Below are positions 40,107 through 49,048 of a DNA stretch of 64,000 nt, piece after piece. Both the position numbers and the translations under genes were made by a program. Where the stretch lies: assembly GCA_038207085.1 (NCBI GenBank), contig JBBRAE010000015.1, forward strand, positions 1 to 64,000, given 5' to 3'. The notes beneath the pieces were generated by a model that had not been told where the DNA came from, made no database searches, and saw only the letters and a list, made by a program, of their open reading frames with translations. This DNA is from Armatimonadota bacterium (lineage in GTDB: Bacteria; Armatimonadota; UBA5829; DTLH01). Numbering within the stretch: position 1 is the first letter of the stretch; each line of letters begins with the position of its first letter.

Positions 40107-41648
40107 ATGGCAAACAATAAGAGTCCTTATGACCTCTACTGCCGAATATCCATAGTGCTTGCGCTGGCTATGGCGTGTGCAGCGTATAGTGCTGTACCTC
40201 CCCGGCCCAACGCCTGGGCTGGAATGCTGGCTTTTCTCTTGCTCGCGATCTGTGCCGAGCTTATGCCTGTCAGCATCAGATCCAACCAGACGGAAATCGT
40301 CATCAGTTCTCCGATTCACTGGGTAGCCATGCTGCTCTACGGCCCGTTTGTGGCGACTGCGGTTGCGGTTACGGCTTATGGGGCGGTCAACGTGACCGCG
40401 TGGCTATCGGGGCGATATTTTCTCAAGCACGGCAGCGACGGAAAGACCGGGATATTTCGAGATATACTCGCGTTTTTGGCCGGATACTGGGGGGGGCGCG
40501 CGGACTACCCCGCGAGGTGGGCCCTCAAGCTGATTTCGGCGAACTGTGCCTCCCACGCGATACTGGCGTGCTCTGCCGCCGCTGTCTATTTGCTCGCCGG
40601 CGGCATCATCGGAGCCCACAACCTGCTTGCCTCCGCATCCACGTGGATGGTGATGCTTCAGGTGATTTTTCCGTTTATGCTCTCCGTCGGCGCGTATTTT
40701 CTTGTTGACGAGTCTCTCTACGTTATAGTAATCATCGTATTCGAGAACAGGCCCGAGGACTTTCGAGACTGGTATAGTTTTGCTCTGCGCTGGAAGATGC
40801 TGTTCGTCGATACTGTGCCGCTTAGCAGGAGGCAGTATCTGTTCCTTCCTCCAATTACGCTCTTGCTTGTGTATTTGTATATACACCTTGGCGTGTGGAG
40901 CGGTTTGGTTATCTTGGGGCCGTTTTTCGCCTTCAGGCTATCTGTGCAGAAGTCTGTAGAACAACAGCAGGTATACTTGGACACGATTGCGGCGCTTGGC
41001 ACGTATATGCAGCATTATCACCCCTACACAAGAGGGCACCTAAAGCGCGTAGCCGATATGTCGGAGAGGCTTGCCCGGGAGCTGCATCTGGCATCTGAGA
41101 CTGTGATTTTGATGCCGTACGCGGGGCTGTTGCACGACATTGGCAAAGTAGGGGTTTCAGAGGAAATCTTGGACAAGGTTGGAAAGCTCACAGATGAAGA
41201 ATGGGCGAGCATCAGGGAGCATCCGGTGAAAGGCGCGGAGATCGTCGCGCATCTCGACTTCCTGAACAGCACCGTAGACTGGATCAAGTATCATCACAAG
41301 TGGGCCGACGGCTCAGGGTACCCTGACGACGGCGCAAAAAACGGCGGCGTGCCCATCGAAGCCGCGATTATCGCCGTTGCCGACGCTTTTGACGCGATGA
41401 CCGACGACCGGGAAATGTCACTGGACTGGACATGCGACTCCTGCGGCTACAAACCCGAGGACGGCGTTCGTCCTGGCGTTTGCCCGAAGTGCAACGCGCC
41501 CAAGCACAGGGTATATCGACAGCCGCTTACGACCGGTGACGCTATAAACGAGCTGCGTAGAGGCGCTGGGTCGCAGTTCAATCCCGAGGTCGTAAAGGCA
41601 TTTCTTACTATGGTGGACAGGGAGGGAATCAGAGTTGGTGGAAGCTAG
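40107..41648 (+). CDS. Polytopic membrane HD-GYP phosphodiesterase with rubredoxin-like insertion
   Basis: Multi-TM N-terminus; YTRGH, LLHDIGK, HH..DGSGYP, VADAFDAMT; CDSC/CPKC insert. Confidence 0.9.
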   Translation: MANNKSPYDLYCRISIVLALAMACAAYSAVPPRPNAWAGMLAFLLLAICAELMPVSIRSNQTEIVISSPIHWVAMLLYGPFVATAVAVTAYGAVNVTAWLSGRYFLKHGSDGKTGIFRDILAFLAGYWGGRADYPARWALKLISANCASHAILACSAAAVYLLAGGIIGAHNLLASASTWMVMLQVIFPFMLSVGAYFLVDESLYVIVIIVFENRPEDFRDWYSFALRWKMLFVDTVPLSRRQYLFLPPITLLLVYLYIHLGVWSGLVILGPFFAFRLSVQKSVEQQQVYLDTIAALGTYMQHYHPYTRGHLKRVADMSERLARELHLASETVILMPYAGLLHDIGKVGVSEEILDKVGKLTDEEWASIREHPVKGAEIVAHLDFLNSTVDWIKYHHKWADGSGYPDDGAKNGGVPIEAAIIAVADAFDAMTDDREMSLDWTCDSCGYKPEDGVRPGVCPKCNAPKHRVYRQPLTTGDAINELRRGAGSQFNPEVVKAFLTMVDREGIRVGGS

Positions 41649-42318
41649 TCCCTGGACCACAGGTGTGATCTTCGCGGTCTCCGTATCCGTCGTGACGACG
41701 GTTGGGAGTTGGTATTACTCTGCCATATACCAGCCGCGCAAGATGGAGCGGTCGTATAAGAGGTCACTTTATACCCTTGCTGCGGCGGTCGAGACCCGGG
41801 ATTCGGGAACGATCGGTCACGCCGAGCGTGTGGCAAACTACGCCGTAGCGGTCGCTGACCTGCTCGGGATCAAGAAACGTGACCGGCTGAGGATCGAATA
41901 CGCGGCGCTCCTGCGGGACATCGGCAAAGTGAACGTCCCCGCGTCGCTTTTGAACAAGAAGACAAAGCTTGAGCCCGAAGAGTGGGAGAAAATCAAGGGG
42001 CACGCAAATGCGGGCGCTGAGATCGTAAGCGCTGTGCCTTTTTTGGCGTTTCTTGGCGACCTGATCCTCCATCACCACGAGTGTTGGGATGGGTCGGGGT
42101 ATCCAGACGGGCTTGTTGGTGATGAGATACCGCTTGGGGCGCGTATTCTCGCTGTAACGACTGATTATGATGCGATCACATCCGACCGTCCATATCACGA
42201 ATCGCGACCAGCAGAGGTTGCGGTAGACGAGATTAGGGCGGGGCGTGGGTCAAAGTATGACCCCGCGGTTGTTGACGCATTTATTAGGGTTCTCGAATCT
42301 CAAGGTATCGGTAACTAA
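41635..42318 (+). CDS. Single-TM HD-GYP domain protein, HD motif altered to RD
   Basis: GHAERV, LLRDIGK, HHHECWDGSGYP, DYDAITSDRPYH. Confidence 0.9.
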   Translation: MVEASPWTTGVIFAVSVSVVTTVGSWYYSAIYQPRKMERSYKRSLYTLAAAVETRDSGTIGHAERVANYAVAVADLLGIKKRDRLRIEYAALLRDIGKVNVPASLLNKKTKLEPEEWEKIKGHANAGAEIVSAVPFLAFLGDLILHHHECWDGSGYPDGLVGDEIPLGARILAVTTDYDAITSDRPYHESRPAEVAVDEIRAGRGSKYDPAVVDAFIRVLESQGIGN

Positions 42319-42897
42319 ATGGCTGAAGCAGCAGCAATACTTTCATTCATAATCGCACTTTTCAGGCGCGGACGCCCTGCGGGGCTTGCAGATCTGTTTG
42401 ACAACGTAAGGCATTTTTGGCTGGTGCTGGTGCCGTTTGTGATGGTTATCGTCATGTCAGTTGGCAACGGACGGGTTTCGCCGGCGGTCTGGCTGCCGCT
42501 CAGCGCCTGGCTGCACGTGATCTACTCGGTGGCGCTCGTTGCGTTTTTCGCCGTGAACCTGAACATCCGGGGTATGTGGTCGCTGCTGCTGGGGCAGGGG
42601 CTGAATATGCTGCCGATCCTAGCCAATGGAGGCAAAATGCCGATCTCCGTATGGGCCGGAAGGGTCGCGGGGATGCCGGAGTTACCAAGTATGATGCTAA
42701 GGCACGTGGCAATGTCATCTTCCAGCCGGTTCAACTGGCTCGGGGACTTTATCCCTATCCCTGTGAAACTGAAGTTTCTGCTGATTGGCGGCGTACTGAG
42801 CCCGGGAGACGTGTTCATTGCGATCGGCCTCTTCGTGTTGATCCAGTGCGCTATGTGCCCTGTGAAAAAGAAGGTCTCCGGAGCCCAGAATGCCTGA
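42319..42897 (+). CDS. DUF5317-family membrane protein
   Basis: GLN....ANGGKMP, WLGDFI, LSPGDVFI motifs recognised from memory as DUF5317. Confidence 0.8.
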   Translation: MAEAAAILSFIIALFRRGRPAGLADLFDNVRHFWLVLVPFVMVIVMSVGNGRVSPAVWLPLSAWLHVIYSVALVAFFAVNLNIRGMWSLLLGQGLNMLPILANGGKMPISVWAGRVAGMPELPSMMLRHVAMSSSSRFNWLGDFIPIPVKLKFLLIGGVLSPGDVFIAIGLFVLIQCAMCPVKKKVSGAQNA

Positions 42898-44554
42898 AAA
42901 AGCTGGACAGCGAAGAAAAACACGCGCCGATCTGCCGGTGCTGATTGGCCTTGCGGTTATCGTCGCCGTGGCAGCGGTTTTGCGCTTCTGGGCCCTCAAG
43001 TGGGGTCTTCCAAATGCGCTTCATGACTATACGTACCACCCTGACGAGTCTTTTCAGGTGCGGTCGATGCTCAGCATCCTCTCGACAGGGCTTGACCCTG
43101 GGTTCTACAACTATCCGTCGGGCTATATGAACCTCGGAGCGCTTGCGATCAAGATCGCGAACGGCTACGGGATGCCGATGGAGAACCTCTACGCGCCATA
43201 TCTGGTCGCAAGGGTCCTTGTCGCTGCGATGGGTGCGCTTACGGTGCCTGTGGTTTTTGGCATAGGAAACCGTCTGTTCGGGCGCGCCGTCGGGCTTCTT
43301 GCAGCTGCGATATTTGCGCTTATGCCGCTTCATATCGTCCACAGCCACTTCGCCAGCGTCGACGTTCCCGCGACTCTTTGGGTGGCCGCGGCGATGCTCC
43401 TTGCCGCCGCGATCTACACCCGACCGACTCTTTCGATTTATATCGCCGCTGGGGCCGCCGCTGGCTTTGCCGCAGGGACGAAATACAACGCGGCGCTTGT
43501 GATCGTGCCAGTGGTGGTCGCGCATTTTCTCAGGCAGGACGGGTCTCGTCCGCTTGATCGAGTGAAAGACAGCAGACTGTGGTTTGCGCTTGTCTCGTGT
43601 GTCCTTGCGTTCTTTGTGGCGACGCCGGGCTGGCTCGTCTGGCCGGACAGGTTCATCGGGGATGCCAACAGTGGAAGCGGACTCTTGTATGAGCTTCACC
43701 ATGCGGCGACCGGGCACGGGTTCGTATTCATCGATCGTGGCCCGGGCTGGTTTGATATACTCACAAACAGCATCGGCTACGGCTTGGGCGTATTCTTGCT
43801 CGTGATGTCGATGTGCGCTGTCGGCTATGCGCTCTTGCGGCGGACCCGCGCGGACTGGATTCTGCTATCGTTCCTCGTGCCGTATTTTGTGATGATCGCG
43901 CTTTCCGAGGTTAGGTTTACCCGCTACGCGCTTCCGATGCTCCCCGTGCTCGCGGTGCTTGTCTCGCGGATGATGGTGGGAGTTCACACTGTGCTTGTGG
44001 AGCAGGAGGCGAAGTTCCTGCGATGGGTCTGGGTCGTGGGGTGCGGGGTTGTGCTGGTGTATACCGGGGTCTACGCGGCTGCGTTTCTCAGTCTCTTCTC
44101 GCAGCCGGACCCAAGAGAGGTCGCTCTACATTGGTTTGAAGAAAACGCGCGACCAGGTGCGACGGTCGGGCTTCCGACTGTGCCGTGGTTCTACTCACCG
44201 CCTTTTGTGCCTGCGATTGTGGGCATGCCAAGCCGTATGGACAGGTACCAGGCGATGTCTCAGTCGAGCTTTCGATTGGTGACTGAGCTGACCAGGGAGT
44301 GGGACCCGAGGGTGATCACCGAAAACCACCCCGACTTCGTCGTTACAAGCGATTATGAGTATGAGGACCCGCAGCGCCTGAAGCTGCGAGACTACGAACA
44401 GTTCGCCCACGAGCTGAACAAGAATTACGACGATGCAGCGGTGTTTCATAAGAACTTTTCTGCCTTCGGTGTCGATTTCGGCCCGACGGAATGCCTGCCG
44501 CATGACATGAGGTATATGGCGCCCACCATCCGGGTGTACAGGAATCGCCGATGA
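42890..44554 (+). CDS. GT-C (ArnT/PMT, GT39/GT83-like) membrane glycosyltransferase
   Basis: LRFWALKWGLP..HPDE, HSHFASVDV, GTKYN, RYALP. Confidence 0.85.
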   Translation: MPEKAGQRRKTRADLPVLIGLAVIVAVAAVLRFWALKWGLPNALHDYTYHPDESFQVRSMLSILSTGLDPGFYNYPSGYMNLGALAIKIANGYGMPMENLYAPYLVARVLVAAMGALTVPVVFGIGNRLFGRAVGLLAAAIFALMPLHIVHSHFASVDVPATLWVAAAMLLAAAIYTRPTLSIYIAAGAAAGFAAGTKYNAALVIVPVVVAHFLRQDGSRPLDRVKDSRLWFALVSCVLAFFVATPGWLVWPDRFIGDANSGSGLLYELHHAATGHGFVFIDRGPGWFDILTNSIGYGLGVFLLVMSMCAVGYALLRRTRADWILLSFLVPYFVMIALSEVRFTRYALPMLPVLAVLVSRMMVGVHTVLVEQEAKFLRWVWVVGCGVVLVYTGVYAAAFLSLFSQPDPREVALHWFEENARPGATVGLPTVPWFYSPPFVPAIVGMPSRMDRYQAMSQSSFRLVTELTREWDPRVITENHPDFVVTSDYEYEDPQRLKLRDYEQFAHELNKNYDDAAVFHKNFSAFGVDFGPTECLPHDMRYMAPTIRVYRNRR

Positions 44555-44670
44555 GGCTTCTCGCTGTGCAAAACACGCACGCATTGGCGACAGCATCGTC
44601 TGTAGACGATGCGAAAGCACTGTCAGCCTCATCACGATCGAGATGAAAATGGCACAAACCGCCATTTTCT

Positions 44671-45570
44671 ATGGAGGAAATGATGGACGCAGATGCTCAA
44701 AAATTTCTCGACTATATGCTCGTTGAGCGCGGGATGTCGTCCAACACCATAGCGGCTTACGGACGGGACATTGGCCAGTTCGTCGAGTTCGCGCGTGAGA
44801 TGGGGACGACCTCAGTCGGCAATATTCGCTCGACCCTGCTTATGGTGTATTTGGCGAGGCTGCAGCGGGAAAACTACGCTTCTTCGAGCGTGGAACGCAA
44901 GCTTGCCTCGATCCGAGCGTTCGTGAAGTTTCTGCAGCGGGAAGGCGATGTCAAGAAGGACCCGACCGAAGCGATCGAAAACCCTCGGCCCGCCAAGCCG
45001 CTCCCGAAGACGCTTACCGAGGAAGATACCGTCAAGCTTCTGCGCCAGCCGGATATTACCGACGCAAATGGCCTCCGCGACAGGGCGATGCTTGAGACTC
45101 TCTACGCTACGGGAGTGCGTGTCTCCGAACTGATCAATCTTCGTGTAGAGGACGTGAACCTCACCGCCGGGTTCCTGAGGTGCATGGGCAAGGGCTCCAA
45201 AGAGCGCGTTGTGCCACTGGGGGACGCGGCCGTCGAGATGATCGAGCAGTATATGGCAAGTGTGCGACAGAGTTTCCTGAAGGGCGGGCGCTCTGAGTAT
45301 CTGTTTCTCACCAACCGCGGCGGCCCGATGACCCGCGTGGGCTTTTGGAAGATCATCAAGAAGCACGCGGTTGCGGCGGGGATCACGAAATACATCACCC
45401 CGCACGTGCTGCGCCACTCGTTTGCGACTCATCTGCTGGAAAACGGTGCCGATATTCGCTCGATCCAGGAGATGCTCGGCCATGCAAGCGTCGCCACGAC
45501 TCAGGTCTACACACATGTCACGCGCGATCATCTGAGGGAAGTCTATAACAGGGCGCATCCAAGGGCGTAG
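44671..45570 (+). CDS. xerD: Tyrosine recombinase XerD
   Basis: YATGVRVSEL, GKGSKER, PHVLRHSFATHLL, LGH, TQVYTH, HPRA end; followed by deoB. Confidence 0.95.
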   Translation: MEEMMDADAQKFLDYMLVERGMSSNTIAAYGRDIGQFVEFAREMGTTSVGNIRSTLLMVYLARLQRENYASSSVERKLASIRAFVKFLQREGDVKKDPTEAIENPRPAKPLPKTLTEEDTVKLLRQPDITDANGLRDRAMLETLYATGVRVSELINLRVEDVNLTAGFLRCMGKGSKERVVPLGDAAVEMIEQYMASVRQSFLKGGRSEYLFLTNRGGPMTRVGFWKIIKKHAVAAGITKYITPHVLRHSFATHLLENGADIRSIQEMLGHASVATTQVYTHVTRDHLREVYNRAHPRA

Positions 45571-45589
45571 GGGGAAGTAGCTAGTGGCC

Positions 45590-45662
45590 AGTGGGTCCAC
45601 TTGGCATGAAATCAGCCATTGTTGGGTGGCGATTTCCGAATCGCCACCCCAAAGCTAAGACG
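45590..45662. repeat. ~72-bp REP-like repeat, copy A
   Basis: Near-identical to 52559-52630; hairpin GGGTGGCGATT-TCCG-AATCGCCACCC. Confidence 0.88.
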
Positions 45663-45796
45663 TGATGGTCGGGTAGATGTCTACCCGACCATCATTCCCA
45701 GGGCATTTGCCACTGAAGATGCTATAGTTATGTTCAATCTGGCGATGTTGTATGCTGCTGGAACGTTTCTATTAGTCCCAATTGTGGGCTTTGCAC

Positions 45797-45875
45797 TATC
45801 CCGCATTATTCACGAGTAGCGTGAATAATGCTCTGTTAGCGAAAGCTTTATTCGTGAAGCGAATAAAGCGGGCTA
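45797..45875. repeat. 79-bp palindromic dispersed element, copy 3
   Basis: TATCCCGC...GCGGGCTA with the same two hairpins. Confidence 0.9.
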
Positions 45876-45935
45876 TGCAGTTCCCGCAGCGATTGCAAGT
45901 CTTTACACTTGTTGCTGTTGACTGAATTTCGCGTT

Positions 45936-47105
45936 ATGATCAACCGTGTAATAATCATAGTTCTGGATTCGGTGGGGGTGGGGGAGCTGCCCGACGCCTC
46001 TCTGTATGGGGACGTTGGGACAAACACGCTCGCGCACGTCGCCCAAGCTGTCGGCGGCCTCGATCTGCCGAATTTTGAGCGGCTTGGGCTTGGGAACATC
46101 ATCCAGATCGAAGGTGTGCCGCCTGTAGAGCACGCCGCAGGGGCTTTTGGAAAGATGACTGAGCTGTCCTGCGCGAAAGACTCGACCACCGGGCACTGGG
46201 AGCTTGCGGGAATCATTACAAAATCGCCCTGGCCGATCTACCCCGATGGCTTTCCTCCTGAGGTCATAGAGCCGTTTGAGCGTGCCATCGGCAGAGGTAT
46301 TCTCGGGAACCGTACCGCATCCGGCACTGATATTATGAAGGAGCTTGGCGAGGAGCACGTCCGCACCGGCAAGCCGATCGTCTACACCTCAGCCGACAGC
46401 GTCTTCCAGATCGCCGCACACGAAGATATCGTGCCCTTGAGTGAGCTCTACCGTTGGTGTGAGATCGCGCGGGAGATTATGGCCGGTCCCCACGCAGTAG
46501 CAAGAGTGATCGCAAGACCGTTTCTTGGCAAACCCGGTGAGTTCTACCGGACCCCTGCGAGGAAGGACTTTTCAGTCGCGCCCCCTGTTCTTACGGTGCT
46601 CGATCGTGTGCACAATGCGGGATTGTCTACGATTGCGATCGGTAAGATAGAAGACCTCTTCGCCTGCCGAGCAATGACCGAGGCGCTCCACGGCGCAAGT
46701 AATAAAGAGAACACCGAACACATCATCAGTGTGATAGTGTCGGGGCGGGGCAGCCTTGTCTTTGCAAACCTCGTCGATTTCGATATGAAATACGGTCACA
46801 GAAACGACCCCGAGGGCTACGCCGCTGCGCTCAAAGCCTTTGACTCTGAGTTGCCGACAATTCTGTCTTCTATGAAAGCTGATGATCTTCTGATCATCAC
46901 AGCCGACCACGGATGCGACCCAACCACGCCAGGGACAGACCACACCCGCGAATACGTCCCGGTCATCGCTGTCGGGCCTGCAACTGTGCCTGGCGTCGAC
47001 ATGGGAGTGCGCGCAAGCTTCTGTGACGTCGCGGGGACGGTCTGCGAGGCTCTTGGAGTCGCCTCTCCACCTTGCGCGAAGAGCTTTCTAGGGGATATAC
47101 TCTAG
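45936..47105 (+). CDS. deoB: Phosphopentomutase
   Basis: IVLDSVGVG, KDSTTGHWE, YTSADSVFQIAAHE, TADHGCDPT, HTREYVP. Confidence 0.97.
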   Translation: MINRVIIIVLDSVGVGELPDASLYGDVGTNTLAHVAQAVGGLDLPNFERLGLGNIIQIEGVPPVEHAAGAFGKMTELSCAKDSTTGHWELAGIITKSPWPIYPDGFPPEVIEPFERAIGRGILGNRTASGTDIMKELGEEHVRTGKPIVYTSADSVFQIAAHEDIVPLSELYRWCEIAREIMAGPHAVARVIARPFLGKPGEFYRTPARKDFSVAPPVLTVLDRVHNAGLSTIAIGKIEDLFACRAMTEALHGASNKENTEHIISVIVSGRGSLVFANLVDFDMKYGHRNDPEGYAAALKAFDSELPTILSSMKADDLLIITADHGCDPTTPGTDHTREYVPVIAVGPATVPGVDMGVRASFCDVAGTVCEALGVASPPCAKSFLGDIL

Positions 47106-47142
47106 CCTGCTTTATTCGTGAAGCGAATAAAGCTGTCGCTGA
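47103..47142. repeat. Half copy of the 79-bp element
   Basis: TAGCCTGCTTTATTCGTGAAGCGAATAAAGCT; the TAG is the deoB stop codon. Confidence 0.85.
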
Positions 47143-47167
47143 TATTACCTGAAAGGACGCATTTGAA

Positions 47168-47674
47168 ATGAGCAACTTCAAGCAGATAGACCCCGCAGAG
47201 ATCCAGGAGAGCGTCTTCAAGCTCGTAGGAACGGACTGGATGCTCATTACCGCGGGTGCTCCTGAGTCGTTCAACACCATGACCGCAAGTTGGGGTGGTC
47301 TTGGCGTGATCTGGGGCAAAAACGTCGGGATGTGTGTAGTCCGTCCGACCCGCCACACCTACAGCTTTATGGAGGACTCCGACTACTTCACGCTAACGTT
47401 TTTCCCCGAAGAGCATCGCGGCGCGCTCACGTTCTGCGGCACAAAGTCAGGTCGGGATGTCGATAAGTGCAAGGAAACCGGCCTCACTCCTGCCTTTACC
47501 GAGACTGGAGCACCCTATTTCGAGGAGGCGAGGATCGTTATGGTCTGCAAAAAGCTCTACTGGCACGACATCGACCCGGCCCAATTTGTCGACCCCGAGA
47601 TCGATCGCAATTACCCACAAAAAGACTACCACCGGATGTATATCGGCGAGATCGTAGAGTGCTTGGCTAGATAG
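47168..47674 (+). CDS. Flavin reductase-like (flavoredoxin family) protein
   Basis: WMLITAG, NTMTASWGG, CGTKSGRDVDK, HRMYIGEI. Confidence 0.9.
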   Translation: MSNFKQIDPAEIQESVFKLVGTDWMLITAGAPESFNTMTASWGGLGVIWGKNVGMCVVRPTRHTYSFMEDSDYFTLTFFPEEHRGALTFCGTKSGRDVDKCKETGLTPAFTETGAPYFEEARIVMVCKKLYWHDIDPAQFVDPEIDRNYPQKDYHRMYIGEIVECLAR

Positions 47675-47762
47675 AGGCCGGGGATTAGATGTTGGGGGCT
47701 GGCAAGGCCAACCCCCGATGATTCACGTAATAATCACTGTTCGCTTTACGAATAACGCGTGC

Positions 47763-48704
47763 TTAAAGAATCGGCTTTATTTTGGTGAGCACGTTTTTGT
47801 CGATGCTTGCGTCGGTGTTTTCGAAGTTGACGCCGTCGAACAGAAACCAGTCTTCCTGGTGTTCGACGGTTTCACCCGGCTCAATAATATCGATCGGCCC
47901 GAGCGACTCAAGTTCAAGCATATCGGCATTTGTGAACACCTCGAAGTTGCAGCCGTTGTCGGGGTAGAGCGAGTCTTCCTCGAAAGACACGGTCTTTACA
48001 AAGAGGTCTCCACCTCGGGCGTAAGCTCCCCAGCCGATTGAGTTCGAGAGCCCGATCTTTTGCGGCTTTGGCGCGCCCGGCTGCTGCTTGATGATCGTAT
48101 ACTTCTCAAGGAACTGATACCTCGGGTCGCAGAGCTTGGTGTAGGACCAGAGCATCATCGTGCGGACCGGCAGGTAGTATCTGGGGTCGCCCGGCTTGCC
48201 CGGAACGTCGGGGACATCAGGGTGCGGCGCGTAGCCTTCCATCGGGAAGATCGCCTGCCCGCCCCCGGCCATCACCGAAAGCGCCCACGGCGCGAGTTCT
48301 ACGTCCCAGAGCCCGGTGTTGGTGATTCTGTGGATCACCTCAACGTGGTTTGAGTCCGGATCCAGCGTGATGATAATCTCTTTCTGCAGGCCAGTCGTCG
48401 TCTCAACGTCCTGAACGAGCTGCAGCGTGTCGCCGACAACTTGGGTCTTAACAGGGAAGTTATCAGGGAAGTAGGTGCGGGGCATCGACTCGGGCGCGTG
48501 CCAGAGCCTGTGTCCGCCAAACGCCATCCATTCGTCCCCGCCGGTCTTGCCGAGCTGGGTCTTGTCCTCATGAAACAGGTTTTCCCCGCCGACAAAGCCG
48601 AACCTGATAATCCTCGGCCCCACATCCGTCGTTGCGATCAGTTCAATCTTGCCGTTCGATAGTCTGACACAGTTCTGCCAGCCACCGTATGCTATTGTTT
48701 CCAT
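47763..48704 (-). CDS. Conserved hypothetical protein, galactose-mutarotase-like (DUF4380-like)
   Basis: GPRII, GGHRLWHAPE, ELESLGP; start at ATG 48704 after GGAG. Confidence 0.75.
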   Translation of the reverse strand: METIAYGGWQNCVRLSNGKIELIATTDVGPRIIRFGFVGGENLFHEDKTQLGKTGGDEWMAFGGHRLWHAPESMPRTYFPDNFPVKTQVVGDTLQLVQDVETTTGLQKEIIITLDPDSNHVEVIHRITNTGLWDVELAPWALSVMAGGGQAIFPMEGYAPHPDVPDVPGKPGDPRYYLPVRTMMLWSYTKLCDPRYQFLEKYTIIKQQPGAPKPQKIGLSNSIGWGAYARGGDLFVKTVSFEEDSLYPDNGCNFEVFTNADMLELESLGPIDIIEPGETVEHQEDWFLFDGVNFENTDASIDKNVLTKIKPIL

Positions 48705-48846
48705 CTTAAATTCGTCTCCAGATTCAGTTGATTCTGATAGATAGTTAGCCGTCAGGCCGCTTGCTTCCTGCTTTTCTGAGTTTTGGGATTTCGTGGAAAA
48801 TAACGCGAAATGGTCGAGCAACACGGAAGTTTTATGGGCTCGTCAA

Positions 48847-48875
48847 TTGACACAGAGGCTGCAAAGACATATAAT
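48847..48875 (+). promoter_or_regulatory. Perfect-consensus sigma70 promoter for hppA
   Basis: TTGACA-N17-TATAAT. Confidence 0.88.
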
Positions 48876-48977
48876 TAATTTGGAAATCAGTGGCCTACAC
48901 CGCTACATGTATGCTGCCGCAGCGTTGTGTGAATACAAGCAGCGCGCGGCATTTTGTGCGTCTGGTTCTGATCTCCA

Positions 48978-49048
48978 GTGATTATAGGTTGTGACCCGGT
49001 GCGGTGAAATGCCTGCACGTTTGTTGGGTCAACGCCAAGCTGCATCAT
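48978..49048 (+). promoter_or_regulatory. Candidate riboswitch in the hppA leader (DUF1646/Na+ class-like)
   Basis: Outer stem GTGAT..TAG/CTG..ATCAT, GGTTG and CGCCAAG junction strands, inner stem TGACCC/GGGTCA, directly before AAGGAGG. Confidence 0.45.

Noticed and set aside
44671..45570. Tyrosine recombinase as a prophage or island integrase
   Set aside because: Sequence, HPRA ending and xerD-deoB context indicate housekeeping XerD; no phage genes nearby
45619..45819. 66-aa ORF between xerD and deoB
   Set aside because: Begins in one repeat and ends in another; no SD or recognisable family, probably spurious
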